A stretch of DNA of 63,648 nt, counting the filler, from Octopus bimaculoides (taxonomy: Eukaryota), in the NCBI RefSeq assembly GCF_001194135.2. It is 3 parts of 3 records of this genome, joined end to end, with 100 filler letters (N's around TTAATTAATTAA, not from the genome) between each part and the next. Parts side by side here need not be neighbours in the genome. Positions count along the whole stretch, not along the records: positions 1 to 17,006 come from NC_068981.1; positions 17,107 to 32,835 come from NC_068986.1; 1 more part is not named here. One strand, 5' to 3'. Both the position numbers and the translations under genes were made by a program. Under the pieces are notes generated by a model. That model was not told where the DNA came from. It worked only from the letters and a program-made list of their open reading frames with translations, and searched no databases. This document shows positions 14,610-28,316 of the stretch, one piece after another; the first letter of the stretch is position 1; each line of letters begins with the position of its first letter.

Positions 14610-14896
14610 NNNNNNNNNNNNNNNNNNNNNNNNNNNNNNNNNNNNNNNNNNNNNNNNNNNNNNNNNNNNNNNNNNNNNNNNNNNNNNNNNNNNNNNNNNN
14701 NNNNNNNNNNNNNNNNNNNNNNNNNNNNNNNNNNNNNNNNNNNNNNNNNNNNNNNNNNNNNNNNNNNNNNNNNNNNNNNNNNNNNNNNNNNNNNNNNNNN
14801 NNNNNNNNNNNNNNNNNNNNNNNNNNNNNNNNNNNNNNNNNNNNNNNNNNNNNNNNNNNNNNNNNNNNNNNNNNNNNNNNNNNNNNNNNNNNTATG

Positions 14897-14945
<49 letters not shown>

Positions 14946-15659
14946 GTGTGTGTGTGCGTAATCATATACATATACCTCTATATATCTCTATGTATTCCTA
15001 TCTCTCAACACACACACACACACATATATAGATGCATAAACCATAAAAGTAATGCATTTAACCCCCTGCCATCCTTGAGATTACAGAAGTTCCTATATAT
15101 TAATTACATATTATTTTATACGTCTGTATTGATATGCAAGCTACACATTATACAATGCAATTGTATCTTAACAAATCAGTGCAAAGGAACTAACTCATCA
15201 GATCACTGGTGATCTGATGAATTAGTTGTTGTAAACAGTCATGTTTACAACAATGCTTCAGCTCTCAGTCCGGTTTTTTAGCTGCATAGAACCCACCATT
15301 ATAACCCGACATATTGGATCAATATGTCGTCCGCTAGCCGGGTCAGCTAGGGGAGTTTTCTTGATACCACATGATTCTATGAATCTATATATTACCCTAT
15401 TGGAGCGCAGTGTTTGCTAAGCTATAAACATGAGAACACCAGAACACACCAAGATTCATCATGTAGCGATGGAGATGAGTTAAATGTGTTTTTCCATCAG
15501 TAGTATGTATCTGTCGACGCTTAGAGTATGGAATTGCATTTCGTTTAATTATGCAAACAATATGTTAGACCTAGAAATATATTGCATACTCCCTACATAG
15601 ACACATATATAACACACTACTTAAGCTTATACATAGAATGCCACTCCATCAAACTTGTA

Positions 15660-16705
15660 TGATTGATTAACGATACTGTACCTCACTTAGCCTGGTTGGT
15701 CTAGCTTTGAGTGAGTCATCCTTCTCAAAGATGGGTGCTATTGTGCATCGTACTGAGGCTGTTTATTTGGCATAATGAAATAAGGGCTTTGGGTTTGACT
15801 TAATGTTTTTAATTTCCTAGGCTTTTTTGTCTGGTCTCTCATTCACATATGATTGTTGCAGGCTTTTTTCAATCTCCATCAGTGTTGATTTTATGTTGGA
15901 TCTTTCATTACATTTGGAGTGCTGATTGAAGCGAATTGCAACCTTCATCCGTCGTCTAATGAGGATCTTCCTCTTTCTTAGAATCTTGTTCCTTTTTATG
16001 CTGACCTTGTGCTCTGGGATATATTTCTGGCATATGGTTTGCATAGCAGACATGAAATATTCTAGTTTCATGCTAATGTCTAGTATGGAGAGACATTTCG
16101 GCTAGTCCTATCTGAGGATTTCTTTTTGGATCGGTTTCCAGGCTGCTTTGAGAAAGGTCAGATTGGAGAGATTTTGGGTGCTTCCTTTAAGCTCTATGTC
16201 TCTGGCTACTTTTGGTCCATACAAAGACAGCTCTATTATGTTGTTATCCGAAACTAATGTCGGCGTCACTTTTACATCATGAACGCAATAGGTATTATTT
16301 GTGAAGCAGAGATCCAAAATGTTACTCGCCCTAGTTGGTCTAAGGACAACCTGCTCTTTGAATAGGGCATTGGTGAAATTTTCAATGAGTCATTCCTGAG
16401 AGCATGAGGCCTTCCTGCCCTTTGACATTGGAGAATTTGAAATCACCTATAAGTAATAGATACACGTGGTGTTACACTTTCATGAAAGTTTCTTTAATTC
16501 TTGTGAGGCAAACTTCAAATAAGCCTATGTCGTTTGGAGCATCTGGTGAGCGATATGTATTGCATATGACTGTATTTTGTTGTCTTATGTATACAATTAG
16601 AATGTCACATACTGAACTTGAGTATGAGAGTAAGACCTGGAATTTGAGGTCTTCACGATTGTATGCAGCAACTCCACTATGGTTCATTTCCCTTCTGTAT
16701 AAATG
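15660..16705 (-). mobile_element. CR1-clade LINE fragment (APE endonuclease and linker)
   Basis: NTYRSPDA, LLIGDFKF, DLCFTNN...SDNNIIEL, then a basic linker ending KNIKSNPKPLFHYAK. Multiple stops. Confidence 0.8.
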
Positions 16706-16706
16706 A

Positions 16707-16739
<33 letters not shown>

Positions 16740-17106
16740 TATGCGAGTAAAAATAAATACAAAAAAAGGTGGATTTTTTTGTATGATTGTGTATAGAGGA
16801 ATATATTATTTTGCTTAAAAGAGTTCCAACACTGTCTGTTTTTTATGTTTTATTTATATTCCTGCAGAACTAATGTGGGGTATAGAATATGGAATATACA
16901 ATATATAATATAATATACAATATATAATATAAAATAAAATAAAAATGGATGGCACCATGAAATAAAGTATTGAATGTAGATGAAATATTGAGTGTTCAAT
17001 ATAAAGNNNNNNNNNNNNNNNNNNNNNNNNNNNNNNNNNNNNNNNNNNNNTTAATTAATTAANNNNNNNNNNNNNNNNNNNNNNNNNNNNNNNNNNNNNN
17101 NNNNNN

Positions 17107-17162
<56 letters not shown>

Positions 17163-17182
17163 TGAGAGAAAGACGAATGTAG

Positions 17183-17216
<34 letters not shown>

Positions 17217-17551
17217 GAACACAGACAATTGGACAGAGGATTTGCACGTTTCTGTTTATGTGATAGGTTCTGTACCTTAATGATCTTCTCTTGATATTGA
17301 TTTTATGCCTGTGAATGTGTAAGCGCAGCTATGGCTACGTCATAAGAAATTTGCTTCTCAACCACTTGGTTCCAGGCTCAGCCCTACTGCGTGGTACCTT
17401 GAACAAGTGCTCTTCACTAAACAACCTGGGGTCTGCCAAAGCCTTCTGAATGCATTTGGTAGATGGAAATTAAAAGCAACTCGTCGTATGTGTATATATA
17501 TATATATATCCACCAATGCGGTGTTGAGCACTCATTTCATCGTTCGACATT

Positions 17552-17587
<36 letters not shown>

Positions 17588-17825
17588 GCATATGTCTGAG
17601 TGTGTCCGTGTGTGGCCATCGGTATATCTGAGTATGTATGGTATGTGTGTGTGTGTGTGTGTGTGTGCACGTATATGTGTATGTGTATATATATATATAT
17701 ATATANNNNNNNNNNNNNNNNNNNNNNNNNNNNNNNNNNNNNNNNNNNNNNNNNNNNNNNNNNNNNNNNNNNNNNNNNNNNNNNNNNNNNNNNNNNNNNN
17801 NNNNNNNNNNNNNNNNATCAACAAC

Positions 17826-17930
17826 AGACGAGGACAGGTGGTGTAAACAACAAAAGGATGTATTAGTTTAACGCTCGGGAATAGAGAAAATCTTTAACGT
17901 TTCGAGCTACGCTCTTCAACAGAAAGAATG
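17826..17930 (-). mobile_element. Penelope-like terminal repeat fragment with hammerhead-like motif (copy 1)
   Basis: AGACGAGGACAGGTGGTGTAAACAAC...CGTTTCGAGCTACGCTCTTCAAC recurs at 24822-24925 and partly, inverted, at 53895-53925. The minus strand folds as a minimal type I hammerhead. Confidence 0.6.
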
Positions 17931-17936
17931 AAAAAC

Positions 17937-18037
17937 AAAGTTGACCTCGGCGGAATTTGAACTCAGAACGTAAAGACAGGCGAAACACCACTAAGAATTT
18001 CGCCCGGCGTGCTAACGTTTCTGCCAACTCGTCGCCA
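17937..18037 (-). mobile_element. SINE family A fragment
   Basis: Shares the core GAGTTCAAATTCCGCCGAGGTC (reverse complement) with many copies in the window. Confidence 0.75.
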
Positions 18038-18065
18038 TAAACTTCATTAATATTATCAACACTCC

Positions 18066-18255
18066 AAAGGTGGCGAAGAGGCAAAACTGTTAGGACTCCG
18101 GGTAAAATGTTTACCTTATTTACGTTCCGAGTTCAAATTCCGCCGAGGTCGACATTTCCTTTAATTCATTCCAGGATGCATAAAATAAGTACCATCATGC
18201 ACTGGGGTTGATGTAGTCGATTTACTCCCTCCCACGAAGCCAAAATTTGAAACCA
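18066..18255 (+). mobile_element. SINE family A
   Basis: TACGTTCCGAGTTCAAATTCCGCCGAGGTCGAC...AATAAGTACC...CTGGGGTTGATGTAGTCGA. B-box-like core, multi-copy in the window. Confidence 0.8.
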
Positions 18256-18456
18256 ACAATACCATAACTACTACACATCCATTTTATCTGAAACAGTAAG
18301 CAATAAGACGGTTGTCACAATTCTAGATATAGCAGTCATACCTCCCTCACGTTATACAATACCGTCGTCAAAAAAGAAAAATGGAATTCTACGTTGTGTT
18401 ACTAGATTCTTTAATGTCTGAGGTTTTTATTTTTTTAATCACAGGATGTGATTAAA

Positions 18457-18890
18457 GGCGGTGGAGTGGCTGTGTGGTAGTTAGCTTGCTTACCAACCAC
18501 ATGGTTCCGGTTTCAGTCCCACTGCGTGGCACCTTGGGCAAGTGTCTTCTACTATAGCCTCGGGCCGACCAAAGCCTTATGAGTGGATTTGGTAGATGGA
18601 AACTGAAAGAAGCCCGTCATGTATATGTGTATATATCTATATATGTGTATATATCTATATATGTGTGTGTATATGTTTGTGTGTCTGTGTTTATCCCCCC
18701 TTGACATCACTTGACAACCGATGCTGGTGTGTTTACGTCCGCGTAACTTACCGGTTCGGTGAGAGAGCCCGATGGAATAAGTACTAAGCTTCCAAAGAAT
18801 AAGTCCTGGCGTCGATTTGCTCGACTAAAGGCGGTGCTCCAGCATGGCCACAGTCAGAATGACTGAAACAAGTAAAAGAGTAAAAGAGAG
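18457..18890 (+). mobile_element. SINE family B (tRNA-like head, CORE-like ACCTTGGGCAAGT domain, internal microsatellite)
   Basis: Near-full antisense copy at 32408-32820 and fragments at about 17330, 59280 and 62370. Tail GACTGAAACAAGTAAAAGAG. Confidence 0.8.
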
Positions 18891-18964
18891 TATGTCTACA
18901 TCCCAAAAGACCTAACAGTCATGAACATCGACAACACCATTGCAAATCACCACCAGAGCTGCTT

Positions 18965-19019
<55 letters not shown>

Positions 19020-19465
19020 TAGTAGTAGTAGTCTGTCACTACTACCATCAACCCTGAAACGGCCAATGAGACTGTAATTAATGCAATGAACACTAGTACA
19101 TTTCAAACCACCTTTGGACTGCCAAACAATAACACAACCCATAATATTAGACCATGAGTTACCAATATAACAACTAATATCTCTACTACCACCAATGCCA
19201 CCGAAAGCAACACCACTTTTTTCCACCCAATCCCCTTGCCACAGATATAGAAGAGTTCCAGTGACACCAATATGAGATTTATAGATAAAGCAAATCAGAA
19301 TCTATATAAACTTGTCTAACGATAAAATACTTTCATGTGAGGAGCTATGCAATGGCACGCATGCGTGACCATATATTGCTGCTGTTAGAACCCTCCCCCA
19401 ACCCCCCAAGTATGCTTACACCCATATATATGTATATATACATACATACACACACACACACACAC

Positions 19466-19559
<94 letters not shown>

Positions 19560-20075
19560 GAGTTTGTGTGTAGACATATCTCTATATATGTTGTGTGTGT
19601 ACATGTATGTAAATGCAGATACATGTATGTTCACGTATATATGTTAATATATGTATAGCTATAGATAGATACATACTTACATGCATACATGCACACACGC
19701 TTATACATACATACTTACATACATACACACATACATACGTACATACATACATACACACATGCTTACACGTTCAAAGGAGTACACATGCAATAGAAACATC
19801 TGCTTAGTTATGCGTGTTTAGATCATGCGTGTGTATAGGTAAATACATTTCTTTATACACACCCACACACACACACACACACCCACACACACCCCCACAC
19901 ACACACACATACACACGCATATATATATATATATATTTATATCATTGGCAGAGAAATTATCAGAAGAATATTGGTTAAGTCTGCAATATCTCACCCTTAA
20001 TGTCTGCCCCTCCATCGTGTGCTGGCAAAACTAACCTTTGCAAGCATTACCAAGCACTACCAACACCGTCGATGG

Positions 20076-20112
<37 letters not shown>

Positions 20113-20271
20113 GGTAGCAGCGGCAACAGCAGATTACGATTAATAATAATAATCATAATAATAATCCTTTCTATAATAATGACAACCAGCAGTTACACGC
20201 ATATAGATAGGGAGACAAACAGACAGACAGAAAGGTACTCACACAGATAGATAGATAGACAGATAGATAGG

Positions 20272-20323
<52 letters not shown>

Positions 20324-21390
20324 GTTATTGATAAATATATGTAGCTACATATACAGATATACACACACATGCGGTTATACACGCGCGCGCGTACACACAC
20401 GCTCGTGCATACAAACATACACACGTATTTCTATNNNNNNNNNNNNNNNNNNNNNNNNNNNNNNNNNNNNNNNNNNNNNNNNNNNNNNNNNNNNNNNNNN
20501 NNNNNNNNNNNNNNNNNNNNNNNNNNNNNNNNNNNNNNNNNNNNNNNNNNNNNNNNNNNNNNNNNNNNNNNNNNNNNNNNNNNNNNNNNNNNNNNNNNNN
20601 NNNNNNNNNNNNNNNNNNNNNNNNNNNNNNNNNNNNNNNNNNNNNNNNNNNNNNNNNNNNNNNNNNNNNNNNNNNNNNNNNNNNNNNNNNNNNNNNNNNN
20701 NNNNNNNNNNNNNNNNNNNNNNNNNNNNNNNNNNNNNNNNNNNNNNNNNNNNNNNNNNNNNNNNNNNNNNNNNNNNNNNNNNNNNNNNNNNNNNNNNNNN
20801 NNNNNNNNNNNNNNNNNNNNNNNNNNNNNNNNNNNNNNNNNNNNNNNNNNNNNNNNNNNNNNNNNNNNNNNNNNNNNNNNNNNNNNNNNNNNNNNNNNNN
20901 NNNNNNNNNNNNNNNNNNNNNNNNNNNNNNNNNNNNNNNNNNNNNNNNNNNNNNNNNNNNNNNNNNNNNNNNNNNNNNNNNNNNNNNNNNNNNNNNNNNN
21001 NNNNNNNNNNNNNNNNNNNNNNNNNNNNNNNNNNNNNNNNNNNNNNNNNNNNNNNNNNNTATATATATATATATATATATATGAATGCATGTATATATGT
21101 ATGTATGTGTATGTGTGTGTTTGTAAAAAATACAGTGAGAGCAGCGCAGCTACCGTTACTAGCAACACCACCACCACCACTAACAATAACACTATTGGCA
21201 CCACAGCCACCAGTGCCGTCACCTCCGATGCCGTTTCAACGTCACCAACACCAAAGCTGTATTATTTATTAATGTTCCCTATATTGATATGTTCTTCTAA
21301 GCCAGCATCAGAGAGACATTATTGATACCAAAGTAGGATAGACACACACAGGCACACACGCACGCACACAGATGTACCTACATATGTATG

Positions 21391-21432
<42 letters not shown>

Positions 21433-22218
21433 AATAAAGGTATATATATGTGTATATATACATATATTAACCTCTTTAATAATATATTTANNNNNNNNNN
21501 NNNNNNNNNNNNNNNNNNNNNNNNNNNNNNNNNNNNNNNNNNNNNNNNNNNNNNNNNNNNNNNNNNNNNNNNNNNNNNNNNNNNNNNNNNNNNNNNNNNN
21601 NNNNNNNNNNNNNNNNNNNNNNNNNNNNNNNNNNNNNNNNNNNNNNNNNNNNNNNNNNNNNNNNNNNNNNNNNNNNNNNNNNNNNNNNNNNNNNNNNNNN
21701 NNNNNNNNNNNNNNNNNNNNNNNNNNNNNNNNNNNNNNNNNNNNNNNNNNNNNNNNNNNNNNNNNNNNNNNNNNNNNNNNNNNNNNNNNNNNNNNNNNNN
21801 NNNNNNNNNNNNNNNNNNNNNNNNNNNNNNNNNNNNNNNNNNNNNNNNNNNNNNNNNNNNNNNNNNNNNNNNNNNNNNNNNNNNNNNNNNNNNNNNNNNN
21901 NNNNNNNNNNNNNNNNNNNNNNNNNNNNNNNNNNNNNNNNNNNNNNNNNNNNNNNNNNNNNNNNNNNNNNNNNNNNNNNNNNNNNNNNNNNNNNNNNNNN
22001 NNNNNNNNNNNNNNNNNNNNNNNNNNNNNNNNNNNNNNNNNNNNNNNNNNNNNNNNNNNNNNNNNNNNNNNNNNNNNNNNNNNNNNNNNNNNNNNNNNNN
22101 NNNNNNNNNNNNNNNNNNNNNNNNNNNNNNNNNNNNNNNNNNNNNNNNNNNNNNNNNNNNNNNNNNNNNNNNNNNNNNNNNNNNNNNNNNNNNNNNNNNN
22201 NNNNNNNNNNNNNNNNNN

Positions 22219-22263
<45 letters not shown>

Positions 22264-23769
22264 TATATGTGTGTGTGTGTGTACAAACATATGTGTACAT
22301 ATGTATGTATATATGTATGTACTTAGTATTGTTTATAACTTCTTTCTGCGTGAGTGTTCTCCTCCATATACGTGCCTATATGTAAATATGAATATCCACG
22401 AAGCGAGACACCATATTTGATTGTATGTACGCGTGTGACAGTGCATGTGCTATTGTGGATGTGAGCGTATGTGCGCAGATTCTGTGTACGTGCGCGTTTG
22501 TTTATGTGTGTTTGTGTGTACGTGTGCGTGTGTGTGTGATTGATGTTGAAATACCATTGACTGAGAGCTATCATGAAAAAAAGATGAGAGAAGAGTGCTC
22601 ATGTGAATACACATATGTAATCATAAATACAGCACGAAGGAGAATAAAGCTACCACTTATGCAGATGTGTGCACTTCTGTGCAACAAGATGTGCTTCATG
22701 CGCTCAAAATATGCTTTTATGTGAAGATAGCCGTGCATATGTGCAGTTATATGCCCTCATGTGTGACGACCTTAAATTAAGAGCTGATATGGAACATTAC
22801 GTGAGAGTTCCCTTGTTAAGTGCATGTGTGCATCGGATTGCATATATACACATGTATATATACACACGTATATGTATAATATACACACTCATGACATACA
22901 CACACTCACTAGCACACACATAAACATACATACATACATACTTATATATATATATNNNNNNNNNNNNNNNNNNNNNNNNNNNNNNNNNNNNNNNNNNNNN
23001 NNNNNNNNNNNNNNNNNNNNNNNNNNNNNNNNNNNNNNNNNNNNNNNNNNNNNNNNNNNNNNNNNNNNNNNNNNNNNNNNNNNNNNNNNNNNNNNNNNNN
23101 NNNNNNNNNNNNNNNNNNNNNNNNNNNNNNNNNNNNNNNNNNNNNNNNNNNNNNNNNNNNNNNNNNNNNNNNNNNNNNNNNNNNNNNNNNNNNNNNNNNN
23201 NNNNNNNNNNNNNNNNNNNNNNNNNNNNNNNNNNNNNNNNNNNNNNNNNNNNNNNNNNNNNNNNNNNNNNNNNNNNNNNNNNNNNNNNNNNNNNNNNNNN
23301 NNNNNNNNNNNNNNNNNNNNNNNNNNNNNNNNNNNNNNNNNNNNNNNNNNNNNNNNNNNNNNNNNNNNNNNNNNNNNNNNNNNNNNNNNNNNNNNNNNNN
23401 NNNNNNNNNNNNNNNNNNNNNNNNNNNNNNNNNNNNNNNNNNNNNNNNNNNNNNNNNNNNNNNNNNNNNNNNNNNNNNNNNNNNNNNNNNNNNNNNNNNN
23501 NNNNNNNNNNNNNNNNNNNNNNNNNNNNNNNNNNNNNNNNNNNNNNNNNNNNNNNNNNNNNNNNNNNNNNNNNNNNNNNNNNNNNNNNNNNNNNNNNNNN
23601 NNNNNNNNNNNNNNNNNNNNNNNNNNNNNNNNNNNNNNNNNNNNNNNNNNNNNNNNNNNNNNNNNNNNNNNNNNNNNNNNNNNNNNNNNNNNNNNNNNNN
23701 NNNNNNNNNNNNNNNNNNNNNNNNNNNNNNNNNNNNNNNNNNNNNNNNNNNNNNNNNNNNNNNNNNNNN

Positions 23770-23841
<72 letters not shown>

Positions 23842-24821
23842 TACACATAGATACTGTGAGGGAGAGGACGCGCAAAGATACAGACATTGATATGAAGATG
23901 AAAAAATTCATGGATTAATAAACAGACAGAAATTTTCATGTGATATTTATTTCTGATTGATACATTGAGATACACCACATATGTACAGAATGCCAAGATG
24001 CCATACAGATATATTGATAAATATTTGAGAAATATATAGTATAGTTATTTCTGCGAGGTTCTATGTGGAACGGCTTTTGAAATTCATTTGTAACCGAAGG
24101 TTATACGATAGATGATGCAGATATATCCACAATATACATACACGTATGCAAAACTAAACCTAAAGGCATCAAACATTATCGCCAACTTCGAGAGAATATC
24201 TCCTAGACATTATCTTCCCATGGATTATGACGAGGGGGAGAAATGTTTGGAATAAATGAAGAAGAAACAAAATTACCAATAGATGAATCTGATCAGCTTG
24301 AGACCGACGGGGCAGAAGAATATTGGTGGAATTGACAAATTAAAACAGCCAACATGTTAAGACATAACAAACGAGATATTGTTACGTGGGGACATGAGGA
24401 AAATAATATACTCTTTCTTGGCAATAAGTTGCCTTCTGGAGATCATTGAAGTCAGAAAAATATAGGAGAAATGAAGCATTGGGATTTACGGAATAAATAG
24501 GGATTTACGAAATTTGTAAATCTCAATGTACCCAATGCAGTTTCATATCGATTGTTGGAGCGAAAGGATACATACCAATACGCTTGACGCAAATTATACC
24601 TGATCATTTATACGTAGAAAACGATCACAATATTTGTGACATTAAAAATCTACAAGTCCTTATAAATATTCAAAAGATAATAAACAAAACTACAAACTTA
24701 ATGTAATTTTATGTTGCTCTACGTATTTGTATATTTACGAACATTTTTGGCCCGATGCATTTTGTCTTAAGTCATATGTTATTGCATATATATATATGGG
24801 AGAATTTACGAAAAAAACAAC

Positions 24822-24925
24822 AGACGAAGACAGGTGGTGTAAACAACAAATGGATGTATTATTATAACGCCCGGGAATAGAGAAAGTCTTTGACGTTTCG
24901 AGCCTACGCTCTTCAACGCAAAGGA
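24822..24925 (-). mobile_element. Penelope-like terminal repeat fragment with hammerhead-like motif (copy 2)
   Basis: High similarity to 17826-17930. Confidence 0.6.
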
Positions 24926-26296
24926 ACACAGAAAGAGACAGGGACAGAAACAAGGAAATATATATATATATATATATANNNNNNNNNNNNNNNNNNNNNN
25001 NNNNNNNNNNNNNNNNNNNNNNNNNNNNNNNNNNNNNNNNNNNNNNNNNNNNNNNNNNNNNNNNNNNNNNNNNNNNNNNNNNNNNNNNNNNNNNNNNNNN
25101 NNNNNNNNNNNNNNNNNNNNNNNNNNNNNNNNNNNNNNNNNNNNNNNNNNNNNNNNNNNNNNNNNNNNNNNNNNNNNNNNNNNNNNNNNNNNNNNNNNNN
25201 NNNNNNNNNNNNNNNNNNNNNNNNNNNNNNNNNNNNNNNNNNNNNNNNNNNNNNNNNNNNNNNNNNNNNNNNNNNNNNNNNNNNNNNNNNNNNNNNNNNN
25301 NNNNNNNNNNNNNNNNNNNNNNNNNNNNNNNNNNNNNNNNNNNNNNNNNNNNNNNNNNNNNNNNNNNNNNNNNNNNNNNNNNNNNNNNNNNNNNNNNNNN
25401 NNNNNNNNNNNNNNNNNNNNNNNNNNNNNNNNNNNNNNNNNNNNNNNNNNNNNNNNNNNNNNNNNNNNNNNNNNNNNNNNNNNNNNNNNNNATATATATA
25501 TATATATATATAGGACTAATGTAAGGACAAGCAAGTTAGGCAAATTGATATACAAAATTATTAAATGCATTGAATGCGAAAAAAATTTACTTATGTATAC
25601 ATATAAAAAGCCCGACTGCCACAGAATGGAAATGACATCAGGAATTGGAGGGGTTGAATAAGAAATTTACGAGCTGTTTCTGGGGGGCTTAGAGAACCAA
25701 TATAATAATTGTAACTTGAATCCGTCTTCGGGTAACACCAGCCTCCCTCTTCAGGGAAGAATTTATATTTAAAGTGTTGAGTCTATTTTGTCAAAAATGT
25801 ACAGTCCTACAACTAAAAACAAATGTATTAATCAATGGGCAAAGGTGGAGTATACATTTTATGGTCGAGCTGTAGGAATTTCTCAAAAATTTAGAAATTT
25901 CCCATTGATGTTCTATGAAATACCAGTTCTGTTGGCCTACCATGTTAAAAAAAAACAATTTACAGGTAAAAAAAAAAAAAGGCGCTTATGAGGATATCAT
26001 ACCAAAATTGACAGGATAGATAGCTTTTATTGTACTCGTGTGTCTTCCCTCATGTCACAGATAGAACTTTTTGTTTTCACAAACACGACATAAATTACAA
26101 CATATACAACTTAACGTCTGGTAAAAAGCAAGGAACTGAGGCGCTGAATACTCTAGATGCGACCGAAAATAAAATGTCAAATTTACATATTTGTGTAAGG
26201 TAACATATATCATGAGCATGTGCTTCAAAAATTTTATTAAGATACGACGTCGTGAGGCGGCATGATATGGATTTTAAATCGTTTGGTACATGACCA

Positions 26297-26450
26297 GCAA
26301 TCTCGTGGTGAGGGGAAAGTCGATTGCATCGATCCCAGTGCTCAAACTGGTACTTACTTTATCGACTCCGAATGGATGAAAGATAAAGTCGACCTCAGCG
26401 GAATTTGAAATTAGAACACGAAGACAGACGAAATACATTTAAGCATCCTG
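26297..26450 (-). mobile_element. SINE family A fragment
   Basis: AAAGTCGACCTCAGCGGAATTTGAA core. Confidence 0.7.
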
Positions 26451-26659
26451 CTAGTTTGCCGTCTGTGAAGAGGTTTTCATGCAAGTGATAAACAACAAAA
26501 ATACCATCATTTGGTAAAATTGTCTTCGGAAAATTATAGGAAATATTTGGGAAGTGGAATACATCCATTTATCAATACATACATACATACATACATACAT
26601 ACATACACACACATACACACATACATACATACATATATACATACATACATACATACATA

Positions 26660-28316
26660 AATACTAGCGCCGTCAACATCGGACGTGCAGGTGTAGAAGA
26701 CCGTTTAAAAAGTCCGTTTTGAACGCCTTGCTCTAGAAATATGCCGTCTTCTCTAGCCTAAGTACATAACTGGTTTATTTCTCCAATAATTAATAAGAGA
26801 AATACCTTTTACTCGCCATCGTAGCACTATCCTAAACAGATTTTAAAATATACATCTACACCACGTGGAATCTCGCTAACAAGATTATGGCTGAAATTAA
26901 CACCACCACAGATGAAACTAACAACGTCATCACCCATGCAAACAGAACTACTTCAACAGTAAGTTTTTTAAGAAGGCGTAAGTACTCTTCTCATTTTACT
27001 TGAACTCAACTAAACCAGGATCTATATCGGTGCTATGAAAACGCCCGAGATGACCCTTCAATCGGATACATGAAGCGGTTAAAACAATACTGGGAGGGAG
27101 CTCATCCGAAATTAAATACCTTCACGGTGAAACAGCTCCGACAAGAAGTATCTCTTGTCAAAACCCGCAAAATACTGACAACAACTGGGAACTTCCACAG
27201 AAAGAGTAACGTTGACAGGCTCTACCTAAGAAGAAATGAAGGTGGTAGAGGCCTGAGATCAATGCAGACAGTCTTCGAATGACGTATGGTATCATGCATG
27301 CAGCATCTGCTAAACAGCAGCAAAAATAAATATATTAATGCAGTCTTGAAATGTGAAGTGAGTAAAATTGTACGATTTGGCAGTGAACTCCTCGAGAAAC
27401 ACTCTCTTCCTGATGATCTCCTATACAGCCCCAAAACAGCTGGGCTCTCTTACATGAGAGAAGACTTTGATGGGAAGCACTCAGCATACAAAAAAAAGAT
27501 CATGCCTGGAAGCTTGAAGAAGACAGTAGAATTGACTCAAGACTATTACATCACATCACACTTTGAAGGTTGTGTGTTTGCAATCCACGAACGGGAGATT
27601 TCCACAAAGTGTCTAATGAACAAGAGAGACAGTGACGCTCTTGTAATTCCAGGGTGCAATCGCATGTGTAAGCTATGTCATGTTTTTGTGGAAGACATTA
27701 CGCATGTCATTACCAGCTGTCCTAAAATGTCGTCACGGTACTACCTACCTATGCAGCACGATGTTGTTGCTAAATCAACTTACAATGCCATCCGCAAAAA
27801 AAAACTGTCCTTAAATAAACTAAGAAAATCCCTGTTATGGACGAATTCATAAACACCAACTCAAGGAATACTGGTGGAATATTCCCATTAAAACTTCTGT
27901 CAAATGTAAGCATAGCAGGCCCGATATTGTTGTTTGGGAGAGAGGGGCAAAGGTATGTACCATCATAGACGTTAGCTGCCCTGCTGATATAAATATTTCT
28001 TTGAAGAGGATATCTAAGGACAACTGCTTCGAAACCTCCAGATTCTATATTCAGACAATGAATTCATATTCATACCAATAATAATTGGAGCACTAAGTTT
28101 TGTTAGTAAATGCTTAAAGGAGAATCTGGATGAATTAGGATTTTCAGAAAGAGAAACTGACTGGTTGATTCGTACATTACAAGTGTAGTCTGTGAGTGGA
28201 ACAGTAAAAAATGCGCAAGACTTCACTCAAGCTCCAAATGTGAATTTGTCTGAATTTGATGGAGGCCGGCTCCCTCCTCAGTGGGAGATTTATAATAATT
28301 AAAAAATTAGAAGAGT
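26660..28316 (+). mobile_element. R4/Dong-clade (REL endonuclease) non-LTR retrotransposon, internally deleted (RT missing)
   Basis: N-terminal GYMKRLKQYW is fused in frame to post-RT KTRKILTTTGNFHRKSNVDRLYLRRNEGGRGL. CCHC CKLC-x8-H-x4-C, QHDVVA, and PD-(D/E)xK motif RPDIVV...IIDVSCPAD...IPIIIGAL follow. Confidence 0.85.

Noticed and set aside
17051-17062. TTAATTAATTAA island inside N runs (again at 32880-32891)
   Set aside because: An identical six-frame-stop 12-mer surrounded by N at two places is almost certainly an assembly spacer, not biology.
18912-19260. Thr/Asn-rich mucin-like or hydrophobic ORFs (also 21120-21320)
   Set aside because: Decayed trinucleotide repeats with internal stops and no splice support.
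20328-25570. Long ORFs dominated by X, plus YI/HT/CV repeats (also at 53-54 kb and 58.8-60.5 kb)
   Set aside because: Artefacts of N gaps and dinucleotide microsatellites.
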